Of a DNA stretch of 64,000 nucleotides, positions 18,854-28,793 are shown piece after piece. The position numbers and the translations under genes were made by a program. Source of the stretch: an uncultured archaeon (GTDB taxonomy: Archaea; Aenigmatarchaeota; Aenigmatarchaeia; GW2011-AR5). Position 1 is the first letter of the stretch; the number at the start of each line of letters is the position of its first letter. The notes below the pieces were generated by a model that was not told the origin of the DNA, searched no databases, and saw only the letters and a list, made by a program, of their open reading frames with translations. The DNA lies in assembly GCA_964599215.1 (NCBI GenBank), contig CAZRDV010000001.1:55615-119614 (forward strand), in the 5' to 3' direction.

Positions 18854-21505
18854 ATGCACACTAGAGAAGTAGAAAAGAAATGGCAGAAGAGATGGGAGAG
18901 CAAGAATGCATTCAAACTAGGTAAAAAAAAGAAAAAATATTATGTTCTTGAGATGTTTCCTTATCCCAGCGGCAAGCTCCATATGGGGCATGTAAGGAAT
19001 TATGTTATAGGCGATGCTTTTGCCAGGTTCAAGCGAATGCAGGGCTTTAGTGTTCTCTATCCCATGGGCTACGATTCATTCGGCCTGCCTGCAGAGAATG
19101 CAGCAATAAAAAGTGGTATAGACCCAAGGAAGTGGACTGAAAACAACATAAGGCATATGGAAAAACAGCAGAAATCACTTGGCCTTAGCTATGACTGGTC
19201 CAGAAAAATAGCAACATGCCAGCCTGAATATTACAAATGGAACCAGTGGATTTTCTTAAAGTTCATGGAAAAAGGTCTGGTTTACAGGAAAAAGGCATTT
19301 GTCAACTGGTGTCCCAAGTGCAGCACAGTCCTAGCTAATGAACAGGTCCATGACGGCTGCTGCTGGCGATGTTCGTCAGCTGTCCAAGAAAAAGAGCTGG
19401 AGCAATGGTTCCTTAAACTAACAGATTATGCCCAAGAACTCTTAGATGAGCTGAAGAGGCTTGATTATTGGCCTGAGCGCGTAAAGGTAATGCAGGAGAA
19501 CTGGATAGGAAGAAGCGAGGGCGTAGAAGAATACTGGCAAGTAGATGGCATGGATATGAAATTATCCACATTCACGACATGGCCTCATACAACATATGGA
19601 GCAACATTTATGGTTATTGCTCCTGAGCATCCCCTAATAAAAGAGCTTGTTAAGGGAACTGAGTACGAGAAACGTGCGTCTGAGTTCATCAATAAGATTA
19701 AACAACAGAAGCTAAAAGACAGGATTGATCTGGATAAAGAAAAAGAGGGTTTCTTCACTGGCCGTTATGTTATTAATCACCTGACAGGCTGGAAAATGCC
19801 TTTGTATATAGCTAATTTTGCCATCATGGAATACGGCACAGGTATAGTCAAGTGCTGTCCTACGCATGACCAAAGGGATTTTGAGTTTGCCAAGAAGTAC
19901 AAGCTGCCTTTACAGGTAGTAATCCAGCCAAGAGACCGTGAAATCAAGTCTGAGAAGATGAAGGAGGCTTATGTAGGGGATGGTGTAATGGTTAATGCAG
20001 GCGAATTTAACGGGATGAATCAGAATAAGGCAAACAAGGCTATTGCAGATTATATCGTAAAGCAGGGAAACGGCAGGTTTGCAACGTATTACAAGCTAAG
20101 GGACTGGCTGATATCAAGGCAGAGGTACTGGGGAACGCCGATTCCTGTTTTATATTGCGATAAATGCGGCATAGTTCCGGAGAAGAAACTGCCAGTGCTG
20201 TTGCCAAAGGATGTTAAGTTTACAAGCGGCAATCCATTGGAAACCTCTGAAAGCTTTAAGAAAGCCAGGTGCCCGAAGTGCAAAGGAAAGGCAAGAAGGG
20301 AAACAGACACAATGGATACGTTCTTTGACTCGTCGTGGTATTTCCTGAGATACTGCTCTCCTCATTATGATAAGCTTCCGTTTGATAAGACTGCCGCTAG
20401 GTACTGGATGCCTGTTGACCAGTACATAGGCGGCATCGAACATGCATGCATGCATCTAATATATGCAAGATTCTTTACAAAGGCGTTGCGTGACATTGGG
20501 CTGTTAAATATCAACGAGCCTTTCACAAGGCTGCTTTGCCAGGGCATGGTAATTAAGGATGGCTCAAAGATGAGCAAGAGCGTTGGCAATATAGTTACCC
20601 CTGAAGAGGTGAGCAATAAATACAATGTAGATACTGCCAGGGTCTTCATGCTATTCACAGCGCTGCCTGAAAAGGAGCTTGAATGGAGTGATGATGGTGT
20701 CCAAGGCTCTTACAGGTTCCTGAACAGGATCTACAAGCTTGTTGATAACAAAATAAGCCTTAAACCTGCTAAGAAGCTCTCTCTTATCGACGAATTCATG
20801 CTTGGGAATTGCCACAGAACCATAAAAGAAGTTACAGAAAAGATAGAGAGATTCGAATTAAACCTTGCTTTGAGCAGCATCATGGGGCTTGTTGATGAGC
20901 TCTATAAATACAAGAGGCTTGTAAAAAGCCTGGAGAGTAAAAAGGTTTTCGGTGAGTGCGTCAGAAATCTTATACTCCTCTTATCGCCGTTTGCGCCACA
21001 TCTGGCAGAAGAACTCTGGAGCAAGCTTGGTAAGAAGGGATTTGTTTCGCTGGAACAGTGGCCTGATTATGACAAAAGATTTGTTAGCAGTGAGTTGTAC
21101 TTAAAGGAAAAATTACTGGAAACGGTACTAAAAGATGTGGGAGAGATAAAAAAACTTTCTGAAATAAAACCCAAGAGGATTCATATATTCATCGCAGCTC
21201 CATGGAAGCATAAGGCATATGAGCTTGCTAGGCAGTCCAAGGACAAACTAATAGAAAGGGCAATGGAGGTAAAGGAAATAAAGAATAACAGCGAAATGGC
21301 TGTAAAATACCTGAAATACCTGATGAAGGAATTTGAATTTCCCGGCATCCTAAATCATAAGGAGGAACTGAAGATGTTCAAAGATATTAAGAAATTCCTG
21401 GAAAAAAAAACCAGTTGCAGGATAATCGTAACAGATGAGCAGAAGTCTGACAAGCTAAAGGCAAAACAGTCAAAACCAATGAAGCCTGCACTCTATCTTG
21501 AGTGA
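18854..21505 (+). CDS. leuS: Leucyl-tRNA synthetase
   Basis: Class I motifs HMGHVRNY and KMSKS, plus a CP1 editing region. 883 aa. Confidence 0.95.
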   Translation: MHTREVEKKWQKRWESKNAFKLGKKKKKYYVLEMFPYPSGKLHMGHVRNYVIGDAFARFKRMQGFSVLYPMGYDSFGLPAENAAIKSGIDPRKWTENNIRHMEKQQKSLGLSYDWSRKIATCQPEYYKWNQWIFLKFMEKGLVYRKKAFVNWCPKCSTVLANEQVHDGCCWRCSSAVQEKELEQWFLKLTDYAQELLDELKRLDYWPERVKVMQENWIGRSEGVEEYWQVDGMDMKLSTFTTWPHTTYGATFMVIAPEHPLIKELVKGTEYEKRASEFINKIKQQKLKDRIDLDKEKEGFFTGRYVINHLTGWKMPLYIANFAIMEYGTGIVKCCPTHDQRDFEFAKKYKLPLQVVIQPRDREIKSEKMKEAYVGDGVMVNAGEFNGMNQNKANKAIADYIVKQGNGRFATYYKLRDWLISRQRYWGTPIPVLYCDKCGIVPEKKLPVLLPKDVKFTSGNPLETSESFKKARCPKCKGKARRETDTMDTFFDSSWYFLRYCSPHYDKLPFDKTAARYWMPVDQYIGGIEHACMHLIYARFFTKALRDIGLLNINEPFTRLLCQGMVIKDGSKMSKSVGNIVTPEEVSNKYNVDTARVFMLFTALPEKELEWSDDGVQGSYRFLNRIYKLVDNKISLKPAKKLSLIDEFMLGNCHRTIKEVTEKIERFELNLALSSIMGLVDELYKYKRLVKSLESKKVFGECVRNLILLLSPFAPHLAEELWSKLGKKGFVSLEQWPDYDKRFVSSELYLKEKLLETVLKDVGEIKKLSEIKPKRIHIFIAAPWKHKAYELARQSKDKLIERAMEVKEIKNNSEMAVKYLKYLMKEFEFPGILNHKEELKMFKDIKKFLEKKTSCRIIVTDEQKSDKLKAKQSKPMKPALYLE

Positions 21506-21795
21506 CTTTTAGGGGGTTTACCTTCCCATGATCCAGAGTATTTATATTCTATAGGTGTATTACCCAAGAGTTCTGATACATCTCTTTTAAGAGAAAATGT
21601 ATTGGGATTTTCAGTTAGAATAAGAATATCACTATTATATTGTTTTTCGTTATTAGGTTGGGAATCACTTGAATCAAAAAAAAGGCCATATCCTCTTCTT
21701 TCCATGTCTTCATAGAAGTTTTTTAGTGTTTTTTTATTTGCTTCTGTGATGGCATAGCTTAGAAGAATCCTCTGGGCAACCAACATACTAATCAA
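21493..21795 (-). CDS. Hypothetical protein
   Basis: 100-aa ORF overlapping the upstream minus-strand ORF by 4 nt. Confidence 0.35.
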   Translation of the reverse strand: MISMLVAQRILLSYAITEANKKTLKNFYEDMERRGYGLFFDSSDSQPNNEKQYNSDILILTENPNTFSLKRDVSELLGNTPIEYKYSGSWEGKPPKSHSR

Positions 21796-22079
21796 AACCT
21801 ATCAAGGCTCTTGGCCAATGCCTCTCTCTCGGCATCCTGTTTCTTGACCTTTTCAAACATCGCGTCGAATACGTCATCTATTCTTTTCATTTTGCTCTGC
21901 AGAATAAGGTTTTCTTTTCTCAGCTCAAGAATAGTACACCACAGCTGGGCAATCTTTACATCGTCTGCGTTTCTGTAAGATCCCCTGTGTTTTGCGGTCT
22001 TTCTAAGTATCTCATTCAGCCTTTCTTCGTCTTCTGTTGACATGTACTGCTTCCAGTCTTTTTTCGCGTTGAAAAACAC
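21792..22079 (-). CDS. Hypothetical helical protein
   Basis: 95-aa ORF with charged helical composition. Forms a two-gene unit with 21493..21795. Confidence 0.35.
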   Translation of the reverse strand: MFFNAKKDWKQYMSTEDEERLNEILRKTAKHRGSYRNADDVKIAQLWCTILELRKENLILQSKMKRIDDVFDAMFEKVKKQDAEREALAKSLDRF

Positions 22080-22209
22080 TCAACCACCTTACCTACTAGT
22101 GAGTGACAAATCTTTAAAAACCTTATGCCTAGGGGAATTTGTAATGCTTATGTAATTGGTTTCCCAATAAACATAAAAAGCTTCAGCAAAAGAATGAGAA
22201 AGTGGTATA

Positions 22210-22848
22210 ATGGAAAAAGGGGATTTTATAAAAATAGATTATATTGGCAGGCTGGAAAACGGCGAGATATTCGACCTGACTGATGAAGAAACAGCAAAAA
22301 AGGAAAAGGTACATAACCCGAAGGTAAAGTACAGGCCTGTTCCTGTGATAGTCGGTGCTGGTTTTGTAATAAAGGGGCTGGAGAAGGCATTGTCAGAGAT
22401 GAAATTAGATGAAAGAAAGACAGTAGAGATAAAGGCGGAAGACGGGTTCGGGATGAGGGATCCCAAGCTGGTCAAGGTCGTGCCAAAGAATGCATTCAAG
22501 GGAGAGTTCGAGCCCAGGCAGGGCCTTGTTGTTGATTTCTCCGGGGTAAAGGGAAGGATCCAGTCCGTAAGCGCTGGCAGGGTCATGGTTGATTTCAACA
22601 ATCCGCTTGCTGGAAAGAATCTGAAATATGAATTAGAGATAAAGGAAAAGATTGAGGATCCGGTAAAACAGTCTGAAGCTATATTTGAATTCTTTGGCAT
22701 AGAGGCTTCTGTTGAGATAGCTAAGGGCGTGGCTGATATAGAGGCAAGAGAAATGCCAGAAGAATTGAAGAAAAAGATCAGCTCTTTTATATTGGATTAC
22801 ATCAAAGGTGTGACTAAGGTAAGATTTATATCAACTTACAAAAAATAA
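22210..22848 (+). CDS. FKBP-type peptidyl-prolyl cis-trans isomerase (long archaeal type with IF insert)
   Basis: DFIKIDYIGRLENGEIFD...VIVGAGFVIKGLEKAL..FGMRDPKL matches the FKBP fold plus a flap insertion. Confidence 0.85.
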   Translation: MEKGDFIKIDYIGRLENGEIFDLTDEETAKKEKVHNPKVKYRPVPVIVGAGFVIKGLEKALSEMKLDERKTVEIKAEDGFGMRDPKLVKVVPKNAFKGEFEPRQGLVVDFSGVKGRIQSVSAGRVMVDFNNPLAGKNLKYELEIKEKIEDPVKQSEAIFEFFGIEASVEIAKGVADIEAREMPEELKKKISSFILDYIKGVTKVRFISTYKK

Positions 22849-23126
22849 AATTTCTTTTTTAGCTCTTCAGAACAACAGGCTTGTAATACCATGTTGTATA
22901 TTTGCACCTTGGACATGCTGTAGGTATCTTGTCCTTCCTTGTTTCCCATACATGCCCGCAGTTAGAACACCTTAGTTTCATATTATTACTACTACTATTA
23001 TATATTTAAAGCCGTTTGGTCCAGGAGATATATCATGTCTGCGGCTTTATACTACTACTATTATCTAGTAATAAATTAGCTTTAAATATTTTATTGTGAT
23101 AGTCTAGAAATAATCAGGTGTGGTAA

Positions 23127-24206
23127 ATGGGTGTTTTGGAGTCTAAGAAGGTTGGTCATGGTCCTGCAGACGAGGAATTAAGAAAACTGCTTGAATCCAG
23201 AAAAGCCAACATAAAAGTTGTTGGTGCTGGTGGAGCAGGAGGAAACACTGTTTCTAGATTGATGCAGATAGGTATAATTGGGGCAGAATCGATTGCCATA
23301 AACACAGATGCCCAGGATTTGCTTTATACAGATGCTGATGCCAAGGTGCTTATCGGTAAGGAGATTACAGGCGGCCTTGGGGCAGGAGCTGACCCGAAGG
23401 TTGGAGAAGAGGCAGCCAAAGAAAGCAGGAATGATATTAAAAAGATCCTTGAAGGGTCTGACATGCTATTTATTACTTGCGGTCTAGGAGGAGGCACCGG
23501 TACCGGATCCTCATCCATAATAGCTGACATAGCAAAGAAGATGGGAGCCCTAACCGTAGGTGTTGTTACTCTGCCGTTCACCATGGAGGGAAAGCAGAGG
23601 ATGGACAACGCCAAGGCTGGTTTAGAAAAATTAGAAAACATAGTTGACACCCTGATAATAATACCAAACGACAAATTGTTAGAAATAGTGCCGGATGTTT
23701 CATTGTCAACAGCCTTCAAGGTTGCAGATGAGATACTGGTGAATTCTGTCAAGGGTATAACAGAACTTGTAACAAGGCCTGGTTTGGTTAACCTGGACTT
23801 TGCTGACATAAGAGCAGTGATGGACGGCGGTGGCCTGGCAATGATAGGCATGGGAGACTCTGACGGAGAGAACAGGGCTGTAGAAGCAGTTGAAAGGGCT
23901 TTGAATAATCCGCTGCTTGATGTAGATGTAAACGATGCAAAGGGCGCACTGATCAATGTCTCTGGTGGCGTAGATGTAACCATAAAGGAATGCCAGGAGA
24001 TTGTCGAGGCAGTTGCTGCAAGGCTTAATACTGATGCAAAAATAATATGGGGGGCCCAGATAATCAAGGAACTCGGTGACTCCATAAGAACAATGCTTAT
24101 AATAACAGGTGTTAATTCTCCACAGATATTCGGGCCTGAGAAGACATTCTCCAAGGAGAGGAAGAAAGAAATAGAGAAGGTCCTTGGTATAGACTTCGTC
24201 GAGTGA
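23127..24206 (+). CDS. ftsZ: Cell division GTPase FtsZ
   Basis: Tubulin signature GGGTGTG, T7 loop, N-terminal GAGGAGGN. First gene of the ftsZ-secE-nusG-rpl11 arrangement. Confidence 0.95.
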   Translation: MGVLESKKVGHGPADEELRKLLESRKANIKVVGAGGAGGNTVSRLMQIGIIGAESIAINTDAQDLLYTDADAKVLIGKEITGGLGAGADPKVGEEAAKESRNDIKKILEGSDMLFITCGLGGGTGTGSSSIIADIAKKMGALTVGVVTLPFTMEGKQRMDNAKAGLEKLENIVDTLIIIPNDKLLEIVPDVSLSTAFKVADEILVNSVKGITELVTRPGLVNLDFADIRAVMDGGGLAMIGMGDSDGENRAVEAVERALNNPLLDVDVNDAKGALINVSGGVDVTIKECQEIVEAVAARLNTDAKIIWGAQIIKELGDSIRTMLIITGVNSPQIFGPEKTFSKERKKEIEKVLGIDFVE

Positions 24207-24262
24207 ATACAGCGTTAAAACTGAAATCTAATTATTTAAATACGTTGTTTCTAATTATTCTC

Positions 24263-24433
24263 ATGGCCTTGAGAAATCTTATTGAGAGAATAAAAAGGGT
24301 TTTACTTGTCTCAACTAAGCCGGACAGGGAAGAATTCAAGCAGAGCGTAAAGATAACAGGCATGGGTATATTGATAATAGGGACAGTAGGCTTTGTGATA
24401 TTCATACTGATACAGCTGCTTGGTGGTCTGTGA
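24263..24433 (+). CDS. secE: Protein translocase subunit SecE/Sec61-gamma
   Basis: KPDREEF motif followed by a single TM helix. The ORF opens at 24203 but the homologous core starts at the internal Met. Overlaps the ftsZ stop. Confidence 0.7.
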   Translation: MALRNLIERIKRVLLVSTKPDREEFKQSVKITGMGILIIGTVGFVIFILIQLLGGL

Positions 24434-24870
24434 TGATTGCGACCATAAGAACCACAACCGGAAGAGAAAACGTTGTCATAGAGAGCATAATAGCCAGGAT
24501 AAAGACAAGGAAGCTTCCCATAAAGTCTTTATTCCATCCTGAAGAGTTTCGCGGTTACGTATTCATAGAAGGGGATATAAACGATATAGAGGCCACCATC
24601 AAGGGAATACCACATATAAGAGGCCTTATAAACAAGGATGTTTCCTTATCAGAGCTTGAGAGATTCCTAATAGAAGAAAAGAGGGAAGTGAAGGTAGAAG
24701 TTGGTGACATTATTGAGGTCATAGGAGGCCCGTTCAAGGGAGAGAAGGGCAAGATTACCAGGGTGGACAACACCAAAAACGAGGTTGTGGTAGAATTCCT
24801 TGAAGCTGCCATACCCATACCGGTTACAATCTCAATAAATTCTGTTAGGATATACGAAAAGAAGAAATAA
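24430..24870 (+). CDS. nusG: Transcription elongation factor Spt5/NusG
   Basis: NGN domain plus KOW motif GDIIEVIGGPFKGEKGKI. Conserved position after secE. Confidence 0.85.
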   Translation: MMIATIRTTTGRENVVIESIIARIKTRKLPIKSLFHPEEFRGYVFIEGDINDIEATIKGIPHIRGLINKDVSLSELERFLIEEKREVKVEVGDIIEVIGGPFKGEKGKITRVDNTKNEVVVEFLEAAIPIPVTISINSVRIYEKKK

Positions 24871-24885
24871 TTAGAAATTAATAGT

Positions 24886-25809
24886 TTGTTTCTAAGTAAG
24901 ATTATGCAGGACCTGATTGAGAAAATAATGGAATCCAGCAACCTGGAAAAAAGCAAGATAGAAGAAAAAATCGAGGAAAAGAAGAAAGAACTGCCGGATA
25001 TATCTGAAGAGGGTATAGTAAGGCTGGTTGCCAAGGAGCTGGGAGTTGACCTCCTAAGGCCTGAACCAAAAGAACTCAAGATTAAGAATATAGTTCCTAA
25101 TATGAGGAACATAACATTCATCGCAAAGGTTACAGGCACCCAGCCTGTAAGAGAGTTTAATTCCGGAGGCAATACCGGTCGGGTTCAGAACATTATCCTT
25201 GAGGATGAAACTGGAAAAATACGGCTGTCGCTCTGGAATGAAGAGGTAGACAAATTCAAACTAAACCCTGGTGATGTTATAAAGATTGAAAACAGCAGAA
25301 CAAAAAAAGATAATCTTGGGAACTCGGAAGCTAGAATAAGCTACAGCGGAAATATAGTAAAATCCGATGCAACCATAGAGCTGAAACCAGCAAAGGATTC
25401 TTTTATCGGCCTGGAAGAAGGTGATGATGTTCTTCTAGATGCTACTGTTATCCATATATTTGAAAGACCCATGGTTTATTATTTCTGCCCTATGTGCAGG
25501 TCAAGGGTAATTAATAACACCTGCTCTCTGCACGGAAACGTTGAGCCTAACAAGATATTGATAATGTCAGGCATCCTTGATGATGGGAACACTACAATGA
25601 ACGCGGTATTTTTCGGGGATAGTGCAAAGAGCCTCGCAGGGAAAGATGTAGAAGAAGTAGAAGAAGAGCTAAAGATCAAGCCTGTAGAAAGTTTTATAAA
25701 GGATCTTGACATATTAACAAAGAAATTTAAGATAGACGGGACTACACGAATAAACCAATTAAGCAATGACCTGGAAATAAGGATAAAAAAGATTGAAAGG
25801 AGTGGATGA
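24886..25809 (+). CDS. RPA-like single-stranded DNA-binding protein (OB fold plus C-terminal zinc ribbon)
   Basis: OB-fold block IRLSLWNEEVDKF..GDVIKIEN and zinc ribbon CPMCRSRV..CSLHG. N-terminal helical domain is paralogous to 46994..47947. Confidence 0.7.
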   Translation: MFLSKIMQDLIEKIMESSNLEKSKIEEKIEEKKKELPDISEEGIVRLVAKELGVDLLRPEPKELKIKNIVPNMRNITFIAKVTGTQPVREFNSGGNTGRVQNIILEDETGKIRLSLWNEEVDKFKLNPGDVIKIENSRTKKDNLGNSEARISYSGNIVKSDATIELKPAKDSFIGLEEGDDVLLDATVIHIFERPMVYYFCPMCRSRVINNTCSLHGNVEPNKILIMSGILDDGNTTMNAVFFGDSAKSLAGKDVEEVEEELKIKPVESFIKDLDILTKKFKIDGTTRINQLSNDLEIRIKKIERSG

Positions 25810-25810
25810 T

Positions 25811-26284
25811 ATGGCAAAGGAAACTGTTGAAGCCCTTGTTACTGGTGGCAAAGCAAGCGCTGCTCCTCCTCTTGGGCCTGCTCTTGGTCCGTTGGGCGTT
25901 AACATAGGCGACGTAATCAATAAAATAAACGAGAAGACCAAGGCATTCAATGGCATGGAGGTTCCTGTCAAGGTCATAGTTGACAGCGAGACAAAGAAAT
26001 TCACAATTGTAGTAGGCACACCGCCTGTTACCTCAATGCTGAAGAGCGAGATGAAGGTAAAAAAGCTTGCAAAGATAACAGAAGAGGGTAAAGAATTGCC
26101 GGGTGACCTGCCTCTGGATAAGGTCATCAGCATAGCAAAGGCAAAAGACTCGCTAAGTGGCGACATGAAGGCCAAGGTAAAGCAGGTCTTGGGTACGTGC
26201 CTAAGCTCCGGCGTTACTGTAGACGGCAAGAACCCGAAGGACGTTCAAAAAGAGATAGACGAAGGAAAAATCAAGATAGAATAG
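25811..26284 (+). CDS. rpl11: 50S ribosomal protein L11
   Basis: PPLGPALGPLGVNI signature. Start set at the internal Met MAKET so there is no overlap with the RPA gene. Confidence 0.9.
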   Translation: MAKETVEALVTGGKASAAPPLGPALGPLGVNIGDVINKINEKTKAFNGMEVPVKVIVDSETKKFTIVVGTPPVTSMLKSEMKVKKLAKITEEGKELPGDLPLDKVISIAKAKDSLSGDMKAKVKQVLGTCLSSGVTVDGKNPKDVQKEIDEGKIKIE

Positions 26285-26341
26285 TCTCTTTTTGGCAACC
26301 TTTAAGAACTTTTCGGTGCTTTATAACTGCTTAGTGGTAAT

Positions 26342-26797
26342 ATGTTTTTAAACAAGGCCCTGCCTATACTGTATATAATCGTATTAGGCATGATTCTGAT
26401 AGAATTATTGGAATTCTGGGGGCTTGCTGTAATACTCATGCTTTTTTTGATAATAACCCTTGTTCAGAAGATCTATGTAGAAACCAAGGTACGTGATACA
26501 GAAAAGACAAGAAAGAACATGATTGACCTGGTAACAGAGAAACTGGACATCTTCTCTAACCGTATCGGGGATATAGGTTACAACCTTGATAAGCACGTGT
26601 ATGCACTGGAAAACAGGATAAATGAGGTCAGGCATTCGTATGAAGTAGAGATGGATAGTAATTACAGGGAGCTTGCAAAAAAAATATTCGACATAGAAAA
26701 CAGGCTAAACGAGGTCAAGAAGACGCTTGGTGCAGCTTTTGGTTCTCTGGATGAGAGGGTAAGGAAGTTCGAAAAGGAAGAAGAGTGGAGTGGCTAA
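26342..26797 (+). CDS. Hypothetical membrane-anchored coiled-coil protein
   Basis: Two N-terminal TM helices then a coiled coil. Inserted between rpl11 and rpl1. Confidence 0.45.
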   Translation: MFLNKALPILYIIVLGMILIELLEFWGLAVILMLFLIITLVQKIYVETKVRDTEKTRKNMIDLVTEKLDIFSNRIGDIGYNLDKHVYALENRINEVRHSYEVEMDSNYRELAKKIFDIENRLNEVKKTLGAAFGSLDERVRKFEKEEEWSG

Positions 26798-27199
26798 GTG
26801 ATTTTAATGATGCAGAGATACAGTAATTCTCTTGGAAGGGCCAAAGCTGAATCGATGCGAATCTATTCTGATTTGGCTGAAAAGGCTAGAGATCAATTGA
26901 TAGAGGATATAAGAAACGCTATAAGAGGCTTGTCTTATAACGGGCAACTAGAAATAGAAACCATCTGGGAAGGGTCCCTAAAAACAAGTAAATATTACAT
27001 TGAGGGTAATAAAATATTCAGACAGGACGAATTATATGAAAAATCTAAGCCAAAAAGATGGAGTGACCCGGTAGAGATAAGTGCTGAAGATATACCTCTA
27101 GAGAAAATTGATATGAGGAGAGTTCCGCACGACCTTATAAAATTGGGGTATAAAATAGAAACGGCACAAAAGGAGCAACCAAAAATTGATGCGAAATAA
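26798..27199 (+). CDS. Hypothetical protein
   Basis: 133-aa ORF starting right after the upstream stop. Second gene inserted in the ribosomal cluster. Confidence 0.45.
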   Translation: MILMMQRYSNSLGRAKAESMRIYSDLAEKARDQLIEDIRNAIRGLSYNGQLEIETIWEGSLKTSKYYIEGNKIFRQDELYEKSKPKRWSDPVEISAEDIPLEKIDMRRVPHDLIKLGYKIETAQKEQPKIDAK

Positions 27200-27274
27200 T
27201 CTTTTTATACTTTTCACTGTTAATTAGTTAGATACCCGCTTACTGCGATAAATTCTATAGCAGGAGGGTCTTTT

Positions 27275-27877
27275 ATGGAAACAAAAGGAATTGATGAAGC
27301 TATCAGTGAGATTAGCCAACAGAAGAGAAAATTTGTCCAGGGCTTTGACTTGATTATAAACTTAAAGAGCATTGATCTGAAGAAGCCGGAAAACAAGTTT
27401 TCAAAGAACATGGTACTGCCTCACGGCCGTGGTAAAGATATAGAAGTTGCTGTAATATCTGATTCTATTCCAGGTGCTCTTACCAAAAGTGATATAGAAG
27501 GGCTTGGGAAGGACAAGGCAAAGGTAAAGGATGTTATTAGAAAATATGAGTTCTTCCTGTGCGAGGCACCGCTCATGCCACTTGTTGGTAAGGTTCTAGG
27601 GCGTTATCTAGGCCCGAAGAATAAAATGCCTGTTATACTGCCTCCTGGTGCAGACGCTGATAAAATGACCGGAGAGCTAAAAAAATCAGTCAGGATAGGT
27701 ATACGGGATTCCCCGACTATTCATGTTTTTGTTGGCAGGGAGGATATGGATCCTGCTCATGTAAAGGAAAATATAGAAAAGGTTATTGGAGAGGTGAAAA
27801 AATCATTGCCAGCCAAGGTACAGATAAAGAATATCTATCTAAAGCTGACAATGAGCAAGCCTGTAAAAATCGGGTGA
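27275..27877 (+). CDS. rpl1: 50S ribosomal protein L1
   Basis: L1 fold motifs (NLKSIDLKKPENKF, VLGRYLGPKNKMP). Confidence 0.9.
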   Translation: METKGIDEAISEISQQKRKFVQGFDLIINLKSIDLKKPENKFSKNMVLPHGRGKDIEVAVISDSIPGALTKSDIEGLGKDKAKVKDVIRKYEFFLCEAPLMPLVGKVLGRYLGPKNKMPVILPPGADADKMTGELKKSVRIGIRDSPTIHVFVGREDMDPAHVKENIEKVIGEVKKSLPAKVQIKNIYLKLTMSKPVKIG

Positions 27878-27881
27878 TAGC

Positions 27882-28793
27882 ATGCTGAGAGATGAAAAAC
27901 CAAAGCTTGTTGAGGAACTTAAAGGACTTATCAATACTTATTCGGTTGTAGGGCTCCTGAACATGCACTCGATGCCTGCAAAGCAGCTGCAACAGATAAA
28001 AACTGATCTGAAGGGCGTAGCAACAATAAAGATGAGCAAGAAGAACCTGATAAAAAAGGCGTTAGAAGGTTCGGAGAAGAACGTAAAGACACTAGAGGAA
28101 AAGATAGTTGGAGAGCCTGCAATGATATTTTCAAATGAAGACCCGTTCCGTCTTTTTAAGATACTGAAAGAAAACAGATCAAGCGCCCCTGCCAGGCTAG
28201 GTGATATAGCTCCTCATGATATAATTATTCCCAAGGGCTCTACTGGCCTGCCTCCTGGTCCGGCTATATCGACACTGCAGAAAATTGGTCTGAAAACCAC
28301 TGTTGATAAGGGAAAGATAGCAGTAGCTGCTGACAAGGTTGTTGTTAAAGCAGGTGAGGCAGTAAAGGAGGATGCTGTAAACGCACTAAATCTTTTGAAA
28401 ATAGAGCCTATGGAAATAGGCCTAGACCTTGTTTCTGCATGGCAGGATGAAAAGATATATGATAAGGGTGTACTGGATATAGATGCTGATGAATTTCTCA
28501 ATAACCTCAGCCTTGCTGTTCATCAGATGATAAATATTTCGTTGAATACAGGCTACCTTGTGCCTGAAACAGCAAAGATGGCTCTGCAGAAGGCATTCAT
28601 AGAGGCAAAGGAATTAGCGCTAACTGCAAACATACTTGATAAAGATATCATAGGTGAACTGTTATTAAAGGCGATTTCAGAGGCCAAAGCATTAGATGCT
28701 TTAGTGCCCGAAACTAAGGAGGAAAGGCCTGAAGAAGAAAAGCCCAAGGGGGGAGAAAATAATAGTTCCGATAAAAAAGAGGTGGAAAAATGA
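27882..28793 (+). CDS. rplP0: 50S ribosomal protein L10 / acidic protein P0
   Basis: 303 aa with an acidic, Lys/Glu-rich C-terminal tail. Conserved position after rpl1. Confidence 0.85.
   Translation: MLRDEKPKLVEELKGLINTYSVVGLLNMHSMPAKQLQQIKTDLKGVATIKMSKKNLIKKALEGSEKNVKTLEEKIVGEPAMIFSNEDPFRLFKILKENRSSAPARLGDIAPHDIIIPKGSTGLPPGPAISTLQKIGLKTTVDKGKIAVAADKVVVKAGEAVKEDAVNALNLLKIEPMEIGLDLVSAWQDEKIYDKGVLDIDADEFLNNLSLAVHQMINISLNTGYLVPETAKMALQKAFIEAKELALTANILDKDIIGELLLKAISEAKALDALVPETKEERPEEEKPKGGENNSSDKKEVEK

Noticed and set aside
23324-24154. Long antisense ORFs overlapping well-supported genes (23324..24154 versus ftsZ; 17453..18100 versus the MinD-like gene; 62585..63187 versus hmgA; 28714..29112 versus rplP1)
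   Set aside because: These are shadow ORFs on the opposite strand of genes with strong family signatures. They have low-complexity S/P/A-rich translations typical of antisense frames.
24203-24262. Using the first Met of ORF 24203..24433 as the secE start
   Set aside because: Sec61-gamma homologues are about 55-65 aa, and the conserved KPDREEF core begins after the internal Met at 24263. The longer form adds an atypical 20-aa extension overlapping the ftsZ stop.
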